Positions 40,253 through 50,122 of a DNA stretch of 64,000 nt are shown here, piece by piece. Source of the DNA: Gemmatimonas sp. (GTDB lineage Bacteria; Gemmatimonadota; Gemmatimonadetes; Gemmatimonadales; Gemmatimonadaceae); assembly GCA_965279375.1 (NCBI GenBank), contig OZ257156.1, positions 3,584,001 to 3,648,000 of the forward strand. Reading direction: 5' to 3'. Within the stretch, counting starts at the first letter, position 1. The number at the start of each line of letters is the position of its first letter. The position numbers were made by a program, and so were the translations under genes. The notes beneath the pieces are model-generated. The model did no database searches. It was not told the DNA's origin and saw only the letters and a list, made by a program, of their open reading frames with translations.

Positions 40253-42358
40253 ATGGCCACGCCCACTGCGACACCTGCCACCCCGTTGCGCGTCCTCATG
40301 TGCGCGCCCGATCACTACGACATCGCGTATGTGATCAACCCGTGGATGGAGGGACAGGTTGGGCGAGTCGACCTGAACAAGGCTCGTCAGCAATGGCGCG
40401 CGCTGCACGAGCTCGTCGCGTCGCTGACCACGGTCGAACTGTTGCCGTCGCACCCGGGGCTTCCTGACCTCACCTTCACCGCCAACGCCGGACTCGTCTG
40501 CCAGGGCACGGTGGTACCCGCGTCGTTCCGCGTACCCGAGCGATCCGGCGAAGAACCCATCGGCGTGCAGTGGTTTCAGGATCAGCGGCTGCGTGTGGAG
40601 GAGTTGGGGCCCGACCAGCCGTTCGAAGGCGAAGGTGACGCGCTCTTTCAGCCCGGCGAACCGTTGCTCTGGGCCGCGTACGGCATTCGCTCCAGCATCG
40701 AGTGCCACAGCTGGCTCTCCAGCGTGTTCCGTTGCGAGGTCATCTCGCTTCGCCTGATGGATCCGCGCTTCTATCACCTCGACACGGCCTTCCTGCCGCT
40801 GCCGGGCGGGCGCGTCGTCTACTGGCCTGCCGCGTTCGACGAAGATTCGCTCACGCGCATTCGTCAGCGCATTCCCGCCTCGCATCGCCTCGAGGTGCGC
40901 GAGTACGACGCCCTGCAGTTCGCGTGTACCGCGCTACGCATCGGCACCACGCTCATCGCGCACGCCTGCAGCGCGGAGCTGCAGCAGCGATTGATGCAGT
41001 GGGGATTCGAGGTGCGCACCATCGATCTCAGCGAGTTCGTGTTGGCCGGCGCCGGCGTGAAGAGTCTCGCGCTGCTGCTCGATCAGGACCCCGGGACCGG
41101 ACAGCGGGCTGGGCTCGAGTTCCCGTCGCAGGTGCGAACCACGCGCTTGTCGATGTCGGGGCACATCCTCGACACGGGCAAGCTCAATCGCGTCATATCG
41201 GCTGCTGTCGACGCTGGGTTAGGTTGCCGAGTGGAGAAGTTGGAGGCGGGCGAACGCTTTGATCAGCATTCGCATGCGCAGTTGCGAGTCACGGCGCCCA
41301 CCCAGGAGCGGCTGGATACCACCGTGGCCGAGCTGATCACGCTGGGCGCGGAGCCGATTGCACAGACGCCGCAGGAGGCACACACGCAGGGCGCGCCCAA
41401 GGACGGCGTGGCGCCCGAGGACTTCTATTCGACGACCATCTATCCCACGCGCGTGCTGATCGACGGTGCGTGGTTGCTCGCGAGCGGGCAGCGCATGGAC
41501 GCCATGCTCGTGGTGGATCGCGCTGCACGCACGGTGCGCTGTCGTCTGATGCGCGATCTGCGGGCCGGCGAGGAGATTGTGGTGGGCCACCAGGGCATTC
41601 GCGTGGAGTTGCCGGAACTGAACGCGCACGGCGAAGGGTTCTCGTTCATGAGCGCTGGCGTCTCAAGTGAACGTCGCGTCGAGCACACCGTGGACGAACT
41701 GGCGTGGGAGATCGCGCGCTGCGTCTCGCGCGGCGGCAAGGTGTGCGTCGTGTCGGGCCCCGTGGTCATTCACACGGGCGGCGGTCCCTATCTGCAGCAG
41801 CTCATCGAGCACGGTTTCGTGCACGTGCTGCTGACGGGCAATGCGCTGCCGGTGCACGATATCGAGAGCAGCATGTTCGGCACGTCGCTGGGCGTGGACC
41901 TGTCACGCGGCCGCGGCGTACGCGGCGGACATCGACATCATCTGCGCGCGATCAACCGTGTGCGTATGGCTGGGTCGATTGCCGAGGCGGTGGAGCAGGG
42001 CGTGATTACGAGCGGCATCATGCATTCATGCGTACGGCACGGGGTGCGCTACGTGCTGGCCGGATCGATTCGCGACGACGGTCCGCTCCCTGACACGCTC
42101 ATGGACCTGGTGCAGGCGCAGTCGGCGTACGCGGAGGCGCTGCAAGGGTGCGAGATCGTATTGATGCTCTCCACCATGCTGCATTCGATCGGCGTGGGTA
42201 ACATGACGCCCGCGGGCGTAAAGCTCGTGTGCGTGGACATCAATCCGGCCGTGGTGACCAAGCTGGCCGATCGCGGCAGCATCGAGTCGGTGGGTATCGT
42301 GACCGATGTCGGGCTCTTCATGCGCCTGCTGGCCCAGCGACTCTGCGAGCCATCGTAG
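40253..42358 (+). CDS. ArgZ/AgrE-like fusion: amidinotransferase-fold domain + LOR/SDH (TIGR00300-like, ornithine cyclodeaminase) domains
   Basis: N-term LMC.P.HY...YVINPWM, FTANAG, FEGEGD, YHLDT; C-term FYSTT.YPT, SSERR, LAGSIRDDGPLP, VTKLADRGS; about 700 aa. Confidence 0.85.
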   Translation: MATPTATPATPLRVLMCAPDHYDIAYVINPWMEGQVGRVDLNKARQQWRALHELVASLTTVELLPSHPGLPDLTFTANAGLVCQGTVVPASFRVPERSGEEPIGVQWFQDQRLRVEELGPDQPFEGEGDALFQPGEPLLWAAYGIRSSIECHSWLSSVFRCEVISLRLMDPRFYHLDTAFLPLPGGRVVYWPAAFDEDSLTRIRQRIPASHRLEVREYDALQFACTALRIGTTLIAHACSAELQQRLMQWGFEVRTIDLSEFVLAGAGVKSLALLLDQDPGTGQRAGLEFPSQVRTTRLSMSGHILDTGKLNRVISAAVDAGLGCRVEKLEAGERFDQHSHAQLRVTAPTQERLDTTVAELITLGAEPIAQTPQEAHTQGAPKDGVAPEDFYSTTIYPTRVLIDGAWLLASGQRMDAMLVVDRAARTVRCRLMRDLRAGEEIVVGHQGIRVELPELNAHGEGFSFMSAGVSSERRVEHTVDELAWEIARCVSRGGKVCVVSGPVVIHTGGGPYLQQLIEHGFVHVLLTGNALPVHDIESSMFGTSLGVDLSRGRGVRGGHRHHLRAINRVRMAGSIAEAVEQGVITSGIMHSCVRHGVRYVLAGSIRDDGPLPDTLMDLVQAQSAYAEALQGCEIVLMLSTMLHSIGVGNMTPAGVKLVCVDINPAVVTKLADRGSIESVGIVTDVGLFMRLLAQRLCEPS

Positions 42359-42416
42359 AGGGGCAGGCGGCATACAGCTGGCCCCGCGAACCTCGGTGAC
42401 TGCCAGCTCTGATTCG

Positions 42417-42959
42417 TCAGCGGCTTCGCTCCGCCAGCTCCCGAAGATACTGCGCCGCCTTCGCGCGGTAGTGCGGCGCCGTCGAGTGGATCGTCGCACG
42501 ATGGGCGTCGGTCACATCACCCACTTTTCGCGCCGGGCACCCAGCCCATAGCTCGCCGGCGCGCACCTGCTTTCCGGGCGAGACCACCGCGCCCGCGGCC
42601 ACCAACGCGCCGCTTTCGATGATCGCGTCATCGAGCACGATCGCGCCCATTCCGATCAGCACATCATCGTGGATGATGCAGCCGTGAATGATCGCGCCGT
42701 GGCCGATCGTGACGCGTGAACCCAGCTGCGCATCGCCCCCCGTCCGGCTCGTGTGAATCAGCGCGAGATCCTGCACGTTCGTGTCGTTGCCGATGCGGAT
42801 GCCGCGTTCGTCCCCCCGCAGCACGGCGCCAAACCACACGCTCGAACCGGCGCCGATGTCCACGTCGCCAATCACGACGGCGGTCGGCGCAACGAAGACG
42901 CCCGGCGCCAGACGGGGGTGCTGGTCGCCGAATGGCATGACGTTCACTGGATTCTGCAT
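42417..42959 (-). CDS. Gamma-carbonic anhydrase family (hexapeptide-repeat) protein
   Basis: VIGDV.IG..SSVWFGAVLRGD, NVQD...IH, TIGHGAIIHGC, WAG.PA; GAGG SD before ATG 42959. Confidence 0.9.
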   Translation of the reverse strand: MQNPVNVMPFGDQHPRLAPGVFVAPTAVVIGDVDIGAGSSVWFGAVLRGDERGIRIGNDTNVQDLALIHTSRTGGDAQLGSRVTIGHGAIIHGCIIHDDVLIGMGAIVLDDAIIESGALVAAGAVVSPGKQVRAGELWAGCPARKVGDVTDAHRATIHSTAPHYRAKAAQYLRELAERSR

Positions 42960-43160
42960 CGACACCTCTCGAGTTGCCTCTGGCCAGCTTCCGCGTAGCG
43001 CGCGCCGACGTGATCAGACCATCTCTTCGCCCACACGGCGACTGCGCGCAAATCTATCCCCACGTGCGAACGTTGCGGCCGCTGCCACCGGCCCGCATGT
43101 TCCCGAAGACGCCGCCGGAGAGGCAAGTCCGGCCATGACCAACACTGTGTGCCTGTTCGC

Positions 43161-44381
43161 ATGACCTTCGTAGTTTTCGTCGCGCCGATTTTTTCGCCGG
43201 CCGCGTCCCAGATGATTGAAGCGGCCGCATCGTTGCCGGGAGTGCAGCTGGCGGTCATCGCACAGGAAGCGCTCGAACGCCTCGCGCCGACGATTGCGTC
43301 GCGACTGGTCGGGCACTGGCGCATCGACGACATCACGAGCGCGGCGCACATCGAGGCCGCGGCACGCGAGTTGGCGCAGCGCCACGGCCGCATCGATCGC
43401 CTGTTCGGTGCATTCGAGCAAGCGCAGCTTCCGCTGGCGGTGGTGCGCGAACGACTCGGTATCGAAGGACTGCCGAGCGCGGCGGCCATGAACTTTCGCG
43501 ACAAGTCGCGCATGAAGGACGTGCTGCGCGCGGCCGGTGTGCCGGTCGCGCGCCACCGACTCATTGGTGAACGGGCCGAAGCGCTGTCGTTCGCGCGCGA
43601 GGTCGGATTCCCGATCGTCATCAAGCCACCTGCTGGTGCCGGCGCGATCGCCACACACCGCGTCAACGATGCCGTGTCGCTCGACGCCGTCCTTTCGGCG
43701 TACCCTCCGCACGCCGAACAGCCGATGCTCGCGGAAGAGTTTCTGCGCGGCAGTGAGCACTCGATCGAGACCGTCTCCGTCGGTGGGCGTGCGCTGTGGC
43801 ACTCCATCACGAACTACGCGCCCACGCCGCTGACGGTGATCGAGAATCCATGGATTCAGTGGACGGTGCTGCTGCCGCGCGAAGTGGATGACGCGCGGTT
43901 CGACGACATCCGCGCGGTCGGTGATCGAGCACTGCAGGCACTCGGCATGACGACCGGCGTCTCGCACTGTGAATGGTTCCGTCGCACGGACGGCTCGGTC
44001 GCCATCAGCGAAATCGCTGCCCGTCCGCCGGGCGCGCAGATCACCACCATGATCGCGCGCGCGCACGAGATCGACTTCGTGCGCGCCTGGACGCGCCTCA
44101 TGATTTTCGGCCAGTTCTCCATTCCCGAACGCCGCTACGCGGTCGGCACCGCCTACCTTCGCGGCCAGGGGAAGGGACACGTCGTCGCCGTCGACGGGCT
44201 CGATATCGTCCAGCGCGAAGTGGGCGCCCTCATCTGCGACATGCGGCTGCCAGAGCGCGGACAGCCGCAAAGTGCGTCCTACGAAGGCGAAGGCTTCATC
44301 ATCGTGCGGCACGCCGAGACCAAGGTGGTCGAGCGGGCGCTGCAACTCATTGTTTCCGCGGTTCGCGTGCGCCTCGGCTGA
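43161..44381 (+). CDS. ATP-grasp domain protein (amino-acid/peptide ligase-like)
   Basis: FRDKSRMK, GFPIVIKP..GAG, EEFL.G.E, H.EWF, EIAARPPG. Confidence 0.88.
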   Translation: MTFVVFVAPIFSPAASQMIEAAASLPGVQLAVIAQEALERLAPTIASRLVGHWRIDDITSAAHIEAAARELAQRHGRIDRLFGAFEQAQLPLAVVRERLGIEGLPSAAAMNFRDKSRMKDVLRAAGVPVARHRLIGERAEALSFAREVGFPIVIKPPAGAGAIATHRVNDAVSLDAVLSAYPPHAEQPMLAEEFLRGSEHSIETVSVGGRALWHSITNYAPTPLTVIENPWIQWTVLLPREVDDARFDDIRAVGDRALQALGMTTGVSHCEWFRRTDGSVAISEIAARPPGAQITTMIARAHEIDFVRAWTRLMIFGQFSIPERRYAVGTAYLRGQGKGHVVAVDGLDIVQREVGALICDMRLPERGQPQSASYEGEGFIIVRHAETKVVERALQLIVSAVRVRLG

Positions 44382-44417
44382 GCGCGCATCGTCCAGGTAC
44401 TCCTCACACCATCGCCA

Positions 44418-45644
44418 ATGTCCAAGACCGTCCTCATGCTGACTCCGGGCTACCCCGGGGAAATGCCGCTCTTCACGAAGGGGCTCGCCGAGCATGGCGC
44501 CACGGTGCTCGGTGTGGCGAACGGGCCGGCGCACGAACTGCCCGAGCACGCACGTCGGTATCTGAGCGACTACCTGCAGGTGCCGGATCTGTTCACCAAT
44601 CCGGACTCCGCCATCGTGCAGATCCGGCATTGGCTGCGCGGCCGTACGCTCGATCGTGTCTGCTGCCTCTGGGAGCCGGGCGTCGAGATCGCCGCGCAGA
44701 TCCGCGAAGCACTCGGCGTGCCGGGACAGTCGTATGAGCAATCGCTCAAGTTTCGCAACAAGGACCTCATGAAGCAGGCGCTCGCGGCCGGCGGCGTGCG
44801 GGTGCCGCGCCATGAAGTGGCGCATACGGCGAAGGAGGTCTTTGAGGGCGCGGAAAAGATCGGCTATCCGCTGATCATCAAGCCCATTGCCGGCGCGGGC
44901 TCGATGGACACGTTCCGCTGCGATTCGATCGCCGAAGTCGAGGCCGCTGTCGCGCAACTCGGGCACATCGCGATCGTCGATATCGAAGAGTTCATCGATG
45001 GCGAGGAGTACACGTACGACACGATCTGCGCGAACGGCGAGATCCAGTACTTCCACATCGGCTTCTATCGGCCGCGCCCGCTCATCGCTCGCACGAACGA
45101 GTGGATCAGTCCGCAGACGCTCAGCTACCGCAACGTGGACGATCCCAAGCTGGCCGGTGGGCGCGCCATGGGTGAGCAAGTGCTCAAGGTGCTCGGCTAC
45201 GAGCACGGCTTCACGCACATGGAGTGGTACCGCAAGTCGGACGGCGAAGCGGTGTTTGGCGAAGTGGCGGCGCGCCCGCCCGGAGCGCGCACCGTCGACC
45301 TGATGAACTACGCCAGCGACGTCGATCTCTTCGCCGCCTGGGCCGAGGCTGAGCTGTTCGGCACGTTCACGCCGAAGATCGAGCGCAAGTACAACTGCGC
45401 CTGTATCACGAAACGGGCACACGGGCAGGGTCGCATCCAACGCATCGAGGGGCTCGATCGAGTCCGCGCGTTGGCCGGAGATGCCCTATGCACCGTGGAT
45501 ATGCTGCCCATCGGGAGTCCACGGCGCGACTGGAAGAGCACGCTCCTGTCGGACGGGTACGTGACCCTCCGGCATCCGGACTGGCAGACCACGATCGACC
45601 TCGCCGACTTCGTAGGAACGGAGCTGAACCTCTACGCCAGCTGA
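44418..45644 (+). CDS. ATP-grasp domain protein (paralog of the upstream gene)
   Basis: FRNKDLMK, GYPLIIKPIAGAGS, EEFIDGEE, HMEWY, EVAARPPG. Confidence 0.88.
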   Translation: MSKTVLMLTPGYPGEMPLFTKGLAEHGATVLGVANGPAHELPEHARRYLSDYLQVPDLFTNPDSAIVQIRHWLRGRTLDRVCCLWEPGVEIAAQIREALGVPGQSYEQSLKFRNKDLMKQALAAGGVRVPRHEVAHTAKEVFEGAEKIGYPLIIKPIAGAGSMDTFRCDSIAEVEAAVAQLGHIAIVDIEEFIDGEEYTYDTICANGEIQYFHIGFYRPRPLIARTNEWISPQTLSYRNVDDPKLAGGRAMGEQVLKVLGYEHGFTHMEWYRKSDGEAVFGEVAARPPGARTVDLMNYASDVDLFAAWAEAELFGTFTPKIERKYNCACITKRAHGQGRIQRIEGLDRVRALAGDALCTVDMLPIGSPRRDWKSTLLSDGYVTLRHPDWQTTIDLADFVGTELNLYAS

Positions 45645-45849
45645 CCCCTTGCGCCGGCCTCGGCGTGCGTCGGATGTGGCGCCGAGGCCGCAGGTGCAGT
45701 GGGGTGCAAGCAACGATTCGCCTGTCGCTTGAAGTGCGGTACGTGGGGAAGCGGGGTCTGCCGTGGTCGGCACAGCCTTTGCTCTTCGAGGGGTCGTGGA
45801 GGGTCCGCATGCGGCGGATCGCTCGCAGTGCCTCTGGCCCGGAAGAACG

Positions 45850-46323
45850 ATGTCGAGAATCCTCGAAGAGCCGCCGATCGAACCTGTGCGCGGCTATTTC
45901 TCGCAGCTGTGCGTGATGCTCACGGGGATTGCCTCCGGCTTGGTGGAACCGACTGCGGGTGACGCCCTCCGCTCGCCGACCTACCTGATGGGCCGCCGCG
46001 ACGGCTATCACGTGGTGGTGTCACATCTCGCGTGCAGTCGCACCCTCCGGGATGCCGCGGACAAGTGCCTCGCCTTCGGGCGCGGCGTGGAGGAGCGCGC
46101 CGCGACGCACCCCTACGGCCCGGATTGGAGCCAGGGCTTCACCGAGGCCACGATGGACGCGGCCAGCGACATCGCCATGTACGCGGCCACGCAGACGCTG
46201 CCGCTGGTGGACAAGGCTCGCCTCCGCGCCGCCCGCATCGCCGCCCGCCACGCCACGATGTCGGGCGCCTGGCCGGCGAAGCCGGTCAAGCCGGACGCCC
46301 CCTCGGCGCACCGGGACCGCTAG
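45850..46323 (+). CDS. Hypothetical protein
   Basis: 157-aa ORF with strongly GC-biased third positions; no motif recognised. Confidence 0.5.
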   Translation: MSRILEEPPIEPVRGYFSQLCVMLTGIASGLVEPTAGDALRSPTYLMGRRDGYHVVVSHLACSRTLRDAADKCLAFGRGVEERAATHPYGPDWSQGFTEATMDAASDIAMYAATQTLPLVDKARLRAARIAARHATMSGAWPAKPVKPDAPSAHRDR

Positions 46324-46419
46324 CTACGCGGGGCGGGGGAGAGCGGCGCGTCGAAATCGGCGCGATTTCTCTCCCGCTGCCCGTAGGGAAATGGCGTTTG
46401 GCCGGTATATTCTCCGGCC

Positions 46420-46971
46420 ATGACCAACAAGCCAGACGTGCTCCTCGACGCGCGTGCACTCGATCGCACGCTGCGTCGCATGGCAGACCAAATATTGGAA
46501 CTGAACGCCGGGACCGACGGGCTCGTGCTCGTCGGCATCCAGCGGCGCGGGGTACAGCTCGCCGAGCGCCTCGTCCGCATCATCGAGGCGCAGGAACAGG
46601 TGACGGTCCCCTGCGGCGCGCTCGACATCACGCTGTACCGCGATGACCTGCAGACCGTCGGGCCGCGTCCCGTCGTGGGCGCAACGCACCTGCCATGGAC
46701 GCTCGACGATCAGCGCGTCGTCATCGTGGACGATGTGCTCTACACGGGGCGAACGATCCGCGCGGCGCTCGACGAACTCGCCGACTTCGGTCGGCCAGCA
46801 CGAATCGCACTGGCGGTACTGATCGATCGCGGCGGACGCGAATTGCCGATCCATGCCGACGTCGTGGGACGCAAGATCGAACTCGGCGGCCGACAGCGCG
46901 TGGATGTGTTCATCGAGGAACTCGATGGACGCGACGAGGTGGTCATCGCCTCTCGTAACATCGAGGACTGA
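46420..46971 (+). CDS. pyrR: Bifunctional pyr regulator / uracil phosphoribosyltransferase
   Basis: [40 protein letters not shown]. Confidence 0.95.
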   Translation: MTNKPDVLLDARALDRTLRRMADQILELNAGTDGLVLVGIQRRGVQLAERLVRIIEAQEQVTVPCGALDITLYRDDLQTVGPRPVVGATHLPWTLDDQRVVIVDDVLYTGRTIRAALDELADFGRPARIALAVLIDRGGRELPIHADVVGRKIELGGRQRVDVFIEELDGRDEVVIASRNIED

Positions 46972-46973
46972 CC

Positions 46974-47933
46974 ATGGCCGGTTCTCTTGGGAAGGACCTG
47001 CTCGGACTCGCAGATCTCACGGCCGATCAGATTCGACTCGTGCTCGATACCGCCGTGCCGTTCCGCGAAATCTCCGAGCGACAGATCAAGAAGGTGCCGA
47101 CGCTGCGCGGCATGACGATCGTCAACCTCTTCTTCGAGCCGTCCACGCGTACGCGCATCTCGTTCGAGTTCGCCGAGAAACGATTGAGCGCCGATACCGT
47201 CAACGTGGCGGTTGCGGGATCGAGCGTGTCCAAGGGCGAGACGCTCGTGGACACGGCCCGCAATCTCGAGGCGATGAAGATCGACATGGTCGTCATTCGC
47301 CACCCGGCTTCAGGCGCCGCCAAGTTCCTCGCTGAGCGCATCGAGTCGAATGTCATCAACGCGGGCGACGGCACCCACGAGCATCCCACACAGGGACTGC
47401 TCGACATGCTGACGCTGCGCGATCGCTTCGGCGATCTCACCGGCAAGCGTATCTGCATCTGCGGCGACGTGCTGCACTCGCGCGTCGCGCGCTCAAACAT
47501 CTGGGGCCTCACCAAGCTCGGTGCCGAAGTCGCCGTGTGTGGTCCGCGCTCGTTGCTGCCCAACGCCATTGGCGAGATGGGAGTGACCGTCTTCGATCGC
47601 ATCGAGGACGCCATCCAGTGGGCCGACGCGCTGAACATCTTGCGACTCCAGCTCGAGCGCATGCAGGCCGGCTACATCCCGTCGCAGCGCGAGTACAATC
47701 GTGTCTTTGGCGTTACCCGTGCGCGGTTGGAGCAAGCGCCGCGCGATCTTCTCATCCTGCATCCCGGTCCGATGAATCGCGGCGTGGAAATCGACAGTGA
47801 CGTGGCAGACGGACCGCATTCCGTCATCCTCAATCAGGTGACGAATGGCGTGGCCGTTCGCATGGCGGTGCTCTATCTGCTCGCTGGCGGACGCCCGGAA
47901 CTGGCCGAAGCCGCCAAGCGGGGAAGCGCCTGA
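46974..47933 (+). CDS. pyrB: Aspartate carbamoyltransferase catalytic subunit
   Basis: [39 protein letters not shown]. Confidence 0.97.
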   Translation: MAGSLGKDLLGLADLTADQIRLVLDTAVPFREISERQIKKVPTLRGMTIVNLFFEPSTRTRISFEFAEKRLSADTVNVAVAGSSVSKGETLVDTARNLEAMKIDMVVIRHPASGAAKFLAERIESNVINAGDGTHEHPTQGLLDMLTLRDRFGDLTGKRICICGDVLHSRVARSNIWGLTKLGAEVAVCGPRSLLPNAIGEMGVTVFDRIEDAIQWADALNILRLQLERMQAGYIPSQREYNRVFGVTRARLEQAPRDLLILHPGPMNRGVEIDSDVADGPHSVILNQVTNGVAVRMAVLYLLAGGRPELAEAAKRGSA

Positions 47934-49222
47934 TGTCTCGTGATCTCTTGCTGCGCGGCGGACGCATTGTCGATCCGTCTCAGGGGCTCGACGCCACGGG
48001 CGATCTGCTGTTGCGCAACGGCGTCGTCGAGGCGTGCGGTGGTACCATCAATGCGCCAGACGGCGCCGAGGTGATCGACGTCTCCGGACACGTCGTCGCG
48101 CCGGGTCTCATCGATGTCCACGTGCACCTGCGCGAGCCTGGCCGCGAAGACGTGGAAACCGTGTCGACGGGTGCGCATTCCGCGGTGGCCGGCGGCTTCA
48201 CTGCGGTGTGTGCGATGCCCAACACGCGTCCCGTGACGGACAATCAGGCGACCGTCGGCTTCGTGAAGCGACAGGGTGAAGCGGCGGGCTATGCGCGTGT
48301 TTACCCGTATGGCGCGATCTCCGTGTCGCAGAAGGGCGAGACGCTCGCGGAGCTCGGTGAGATGGTGGGCGCCGGCGCGGTCGCGTTCAGCGACGACGGA
48401 CGTCCGGTGGAGAGTGCGCATCTGATGCGCACAGCCCTCGAGTACGCGCGTGCTTTCAACGTGCCCGTCGCCGAACACTGCGAAGACATGTCGCTCGCGC
48501 GCGGTGGCTCGATGAACGAAGGGCTCATGTCCGCCAAGCTTGGCCTCAAGGGCATTCCGGCCGAAGCGGAGGAGATCTACGTCATTCGGGACATCCTGCT
48601 CGCCAAGCGCACTGGTGGTCACATTCACCTGTGTCACTTGAGCACCAAGGGATCTGTCGAGCTGGTGCGGTGGGGCAAGGAGCGCGGCATCAACGTGACG
48701 GCAGAGGTGTGTTCGCACCACATCTCGCTCACGGAAGATGCGGTGGATGGCTACAACACCAACGCCAAGATGAATCCGCCGCTGCGCACACAGGAAGACA
48801 TCGACGCGCTGCAGCAGGGGCTCGCCGATGGCACGATCGATCTGCTCGTCACCGATCATGCGCCGCACCACTACGACGAAAAGGAACGCGAGTTCGCTGA
48901 TGCCCCCAATGGCATCGTTGGACTTGAAACGGCGCTCGGCGTGAACACGACGTACCTGCTGCATCGCGGAGTGCTCTCGATGTCGCAGATGGTCGACGCG
49001 ATGAGCTGCAAGCCGGCCAAGGTGTTTCACCTGCCGGGCGGCACGCTGGCGCGCGGCTCCATCGCGGATGTCTCGGTCTTCGATCCAACGCGCAAATGGA
49101 CCGTTGACGCCTCGCGCTTCAAGTCCAAGGGACGCAACACGCCGTACGGCGGGCACGAGTTCACGGGACAGGCGCGCATCACGATCGTTGGCGGACGCGT
49201 CGTGTATCGCGCCGACGCGTAA
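47933..49222 (+). CDS. pyrC: Dihydroorotase
   Basis: DVHVHLREPG, MPNT.P, KMNPPLR, TDHAPH. Confidence 0.96.
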   Translation: MSRDLLLRGGRIVDPSQGLDATGDLLLRNGVVEACGGTINAPDGAEVIDVSGHVVAPGLIDVHVHLREPGREDVETVSTGAHSAVAGGFTAVCAMPNTRPVTDNQATVGFVKRQGEAAGYARVYPYGAISVSQKGETLAELGEMVGAGAVAFSDDGRPVESAHLMRTALEYARAFNVPVAEHCEDMSLARGGSMNEGLMSAKLGLKGIPAEAEEIYVIRDILLAKRTGGHIHLCHLSTKGSVELVRWGKERGINVTAEVCSHHISLTEDAVDGYNTNAKMNPPLRTQEDIDALQQGLADGTIDLLVTDHAPHHYDEKEREFADAPNGIVGLETALGVNTTYLLHRGVLSMSQMVDAMSCKPAKVFHLPGGTLARGSIADVSVFDPTRKWTVDASRFKSKGRNTPYGGHEFTGQARITIVGGRVVYRADA

Positions 49223-49245
49223 CGGCGCACCCGGCAAGACGACAC

Positions 49246-50001
49246 GTGAGCGGGAAGTCGGAGCCTGAGGTGGTGGCCTTCGATGCGGAGGAGTTTCGCT
49301 CCGCGTCGGAGGCATTGGCTGACGCCTGTCGCCGACTGCACGCGCGCGGACTGCTGGCGGGGGCGGAAGGGAATCTCTCGATGCGGCTGCGCAGCGGGCA
49401 CTTCGCCGTGACCGCATCGGGCATCGACAAGGCGCTCGTGTCGGCCGAAGACATTCTGTGCCTTCATGCCGACGGAACACTTCGTCACGGCGCAACGGCG
49501 CACGACGTGACGCGTGACACATCGTCGGGTGACATGGCTCGGCGCCCGTCGTCGGAGTTGGGGATGCATCTCGCTTGCTACGCCGCGCGACCGGACGTCG
49601 CTGCGGTGGTGCACGCGCATCCTCCAGTGGCGACGGGCTTTGCGACGGCCGGTCGCCCGCTGCCGCAGAACGTGCTTCCCGAGTTGCCTGTGGTCGTGGG
49701 ACCCGTGGCGTTGGTGCCGTACGGCAGGCCGGGCACACCGGCGCTCGCGGAGGCCATGGCGCCCTTCCTCGCACACCACGAGGGGTTCCTGCTGGCGAAC
49801 CATGGCGTCACTGCACTCGGCCACTCGTTGACCGACGCCGTGCTGCGCATGGAAAGCATCGAACAAGGGGCACGCATTCTCTTCGTCGCGCAGTTGCTGG
49901 GCGGAGCGCAGGAACTATCGAACGACGAGTGCGCGGCGCTGCAAGCACTACGACGGCGCGCCGCAGTCGGCGTAGCCGAGGTTGGTGCAGGGAACGCTTG
50001 A
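49246..50001 (+). CDS. Class II aldolase/adducin family protein
   Basis: EGNLS, PSSE..MH, VVHAHP, LLANHG. Confidence 0.88.
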   Translation: MSGKSEPEVVAFDAEEFRSASEALADACRRLHARGLLAGAEGNLSMRLRSGHFAVTASGIDKALVSAEDILCLHADGTLRHGATAHDVTRDTSSGDMARRPSSELGMHLACYAARPDVAAVVHAHPPVATGFATAGRPLPQNVLPELPVVVGPVALVPYGRPGTPALAEAMAPFLAHHEGFLLANHGVTALGHSLTDAVLRMESIEQGARILFVAQLLGGAQELSNDECAALQALRRRAAVGVAEVGAGNA

Positions 50002-50122
50002 TGTCGCTGCGGGTCCCACGCGAGTGGCGCGGCTGCAGGCTTGCGATGTAGATCACACGGGAAGGCGGTCGCACTCAGCCATATTCGTTGAGTGAGCCGC
50101 TTGGCCGACTTTCAGGAAGGAG

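Noticed and set aside
43115..43132. CCGGAGAGGC resembling part of the PyrR binding loop
   Set aside because: It lacks the ARUCC 5' part, is 3.3 kb from pyrR and precedes an unrelated gene; likely chance.
39540..46420. Prophage or integrative element at tRNA-Ser
   Set aside because: No integrase, phage genes or repeated tRNA 3' end found by eye.
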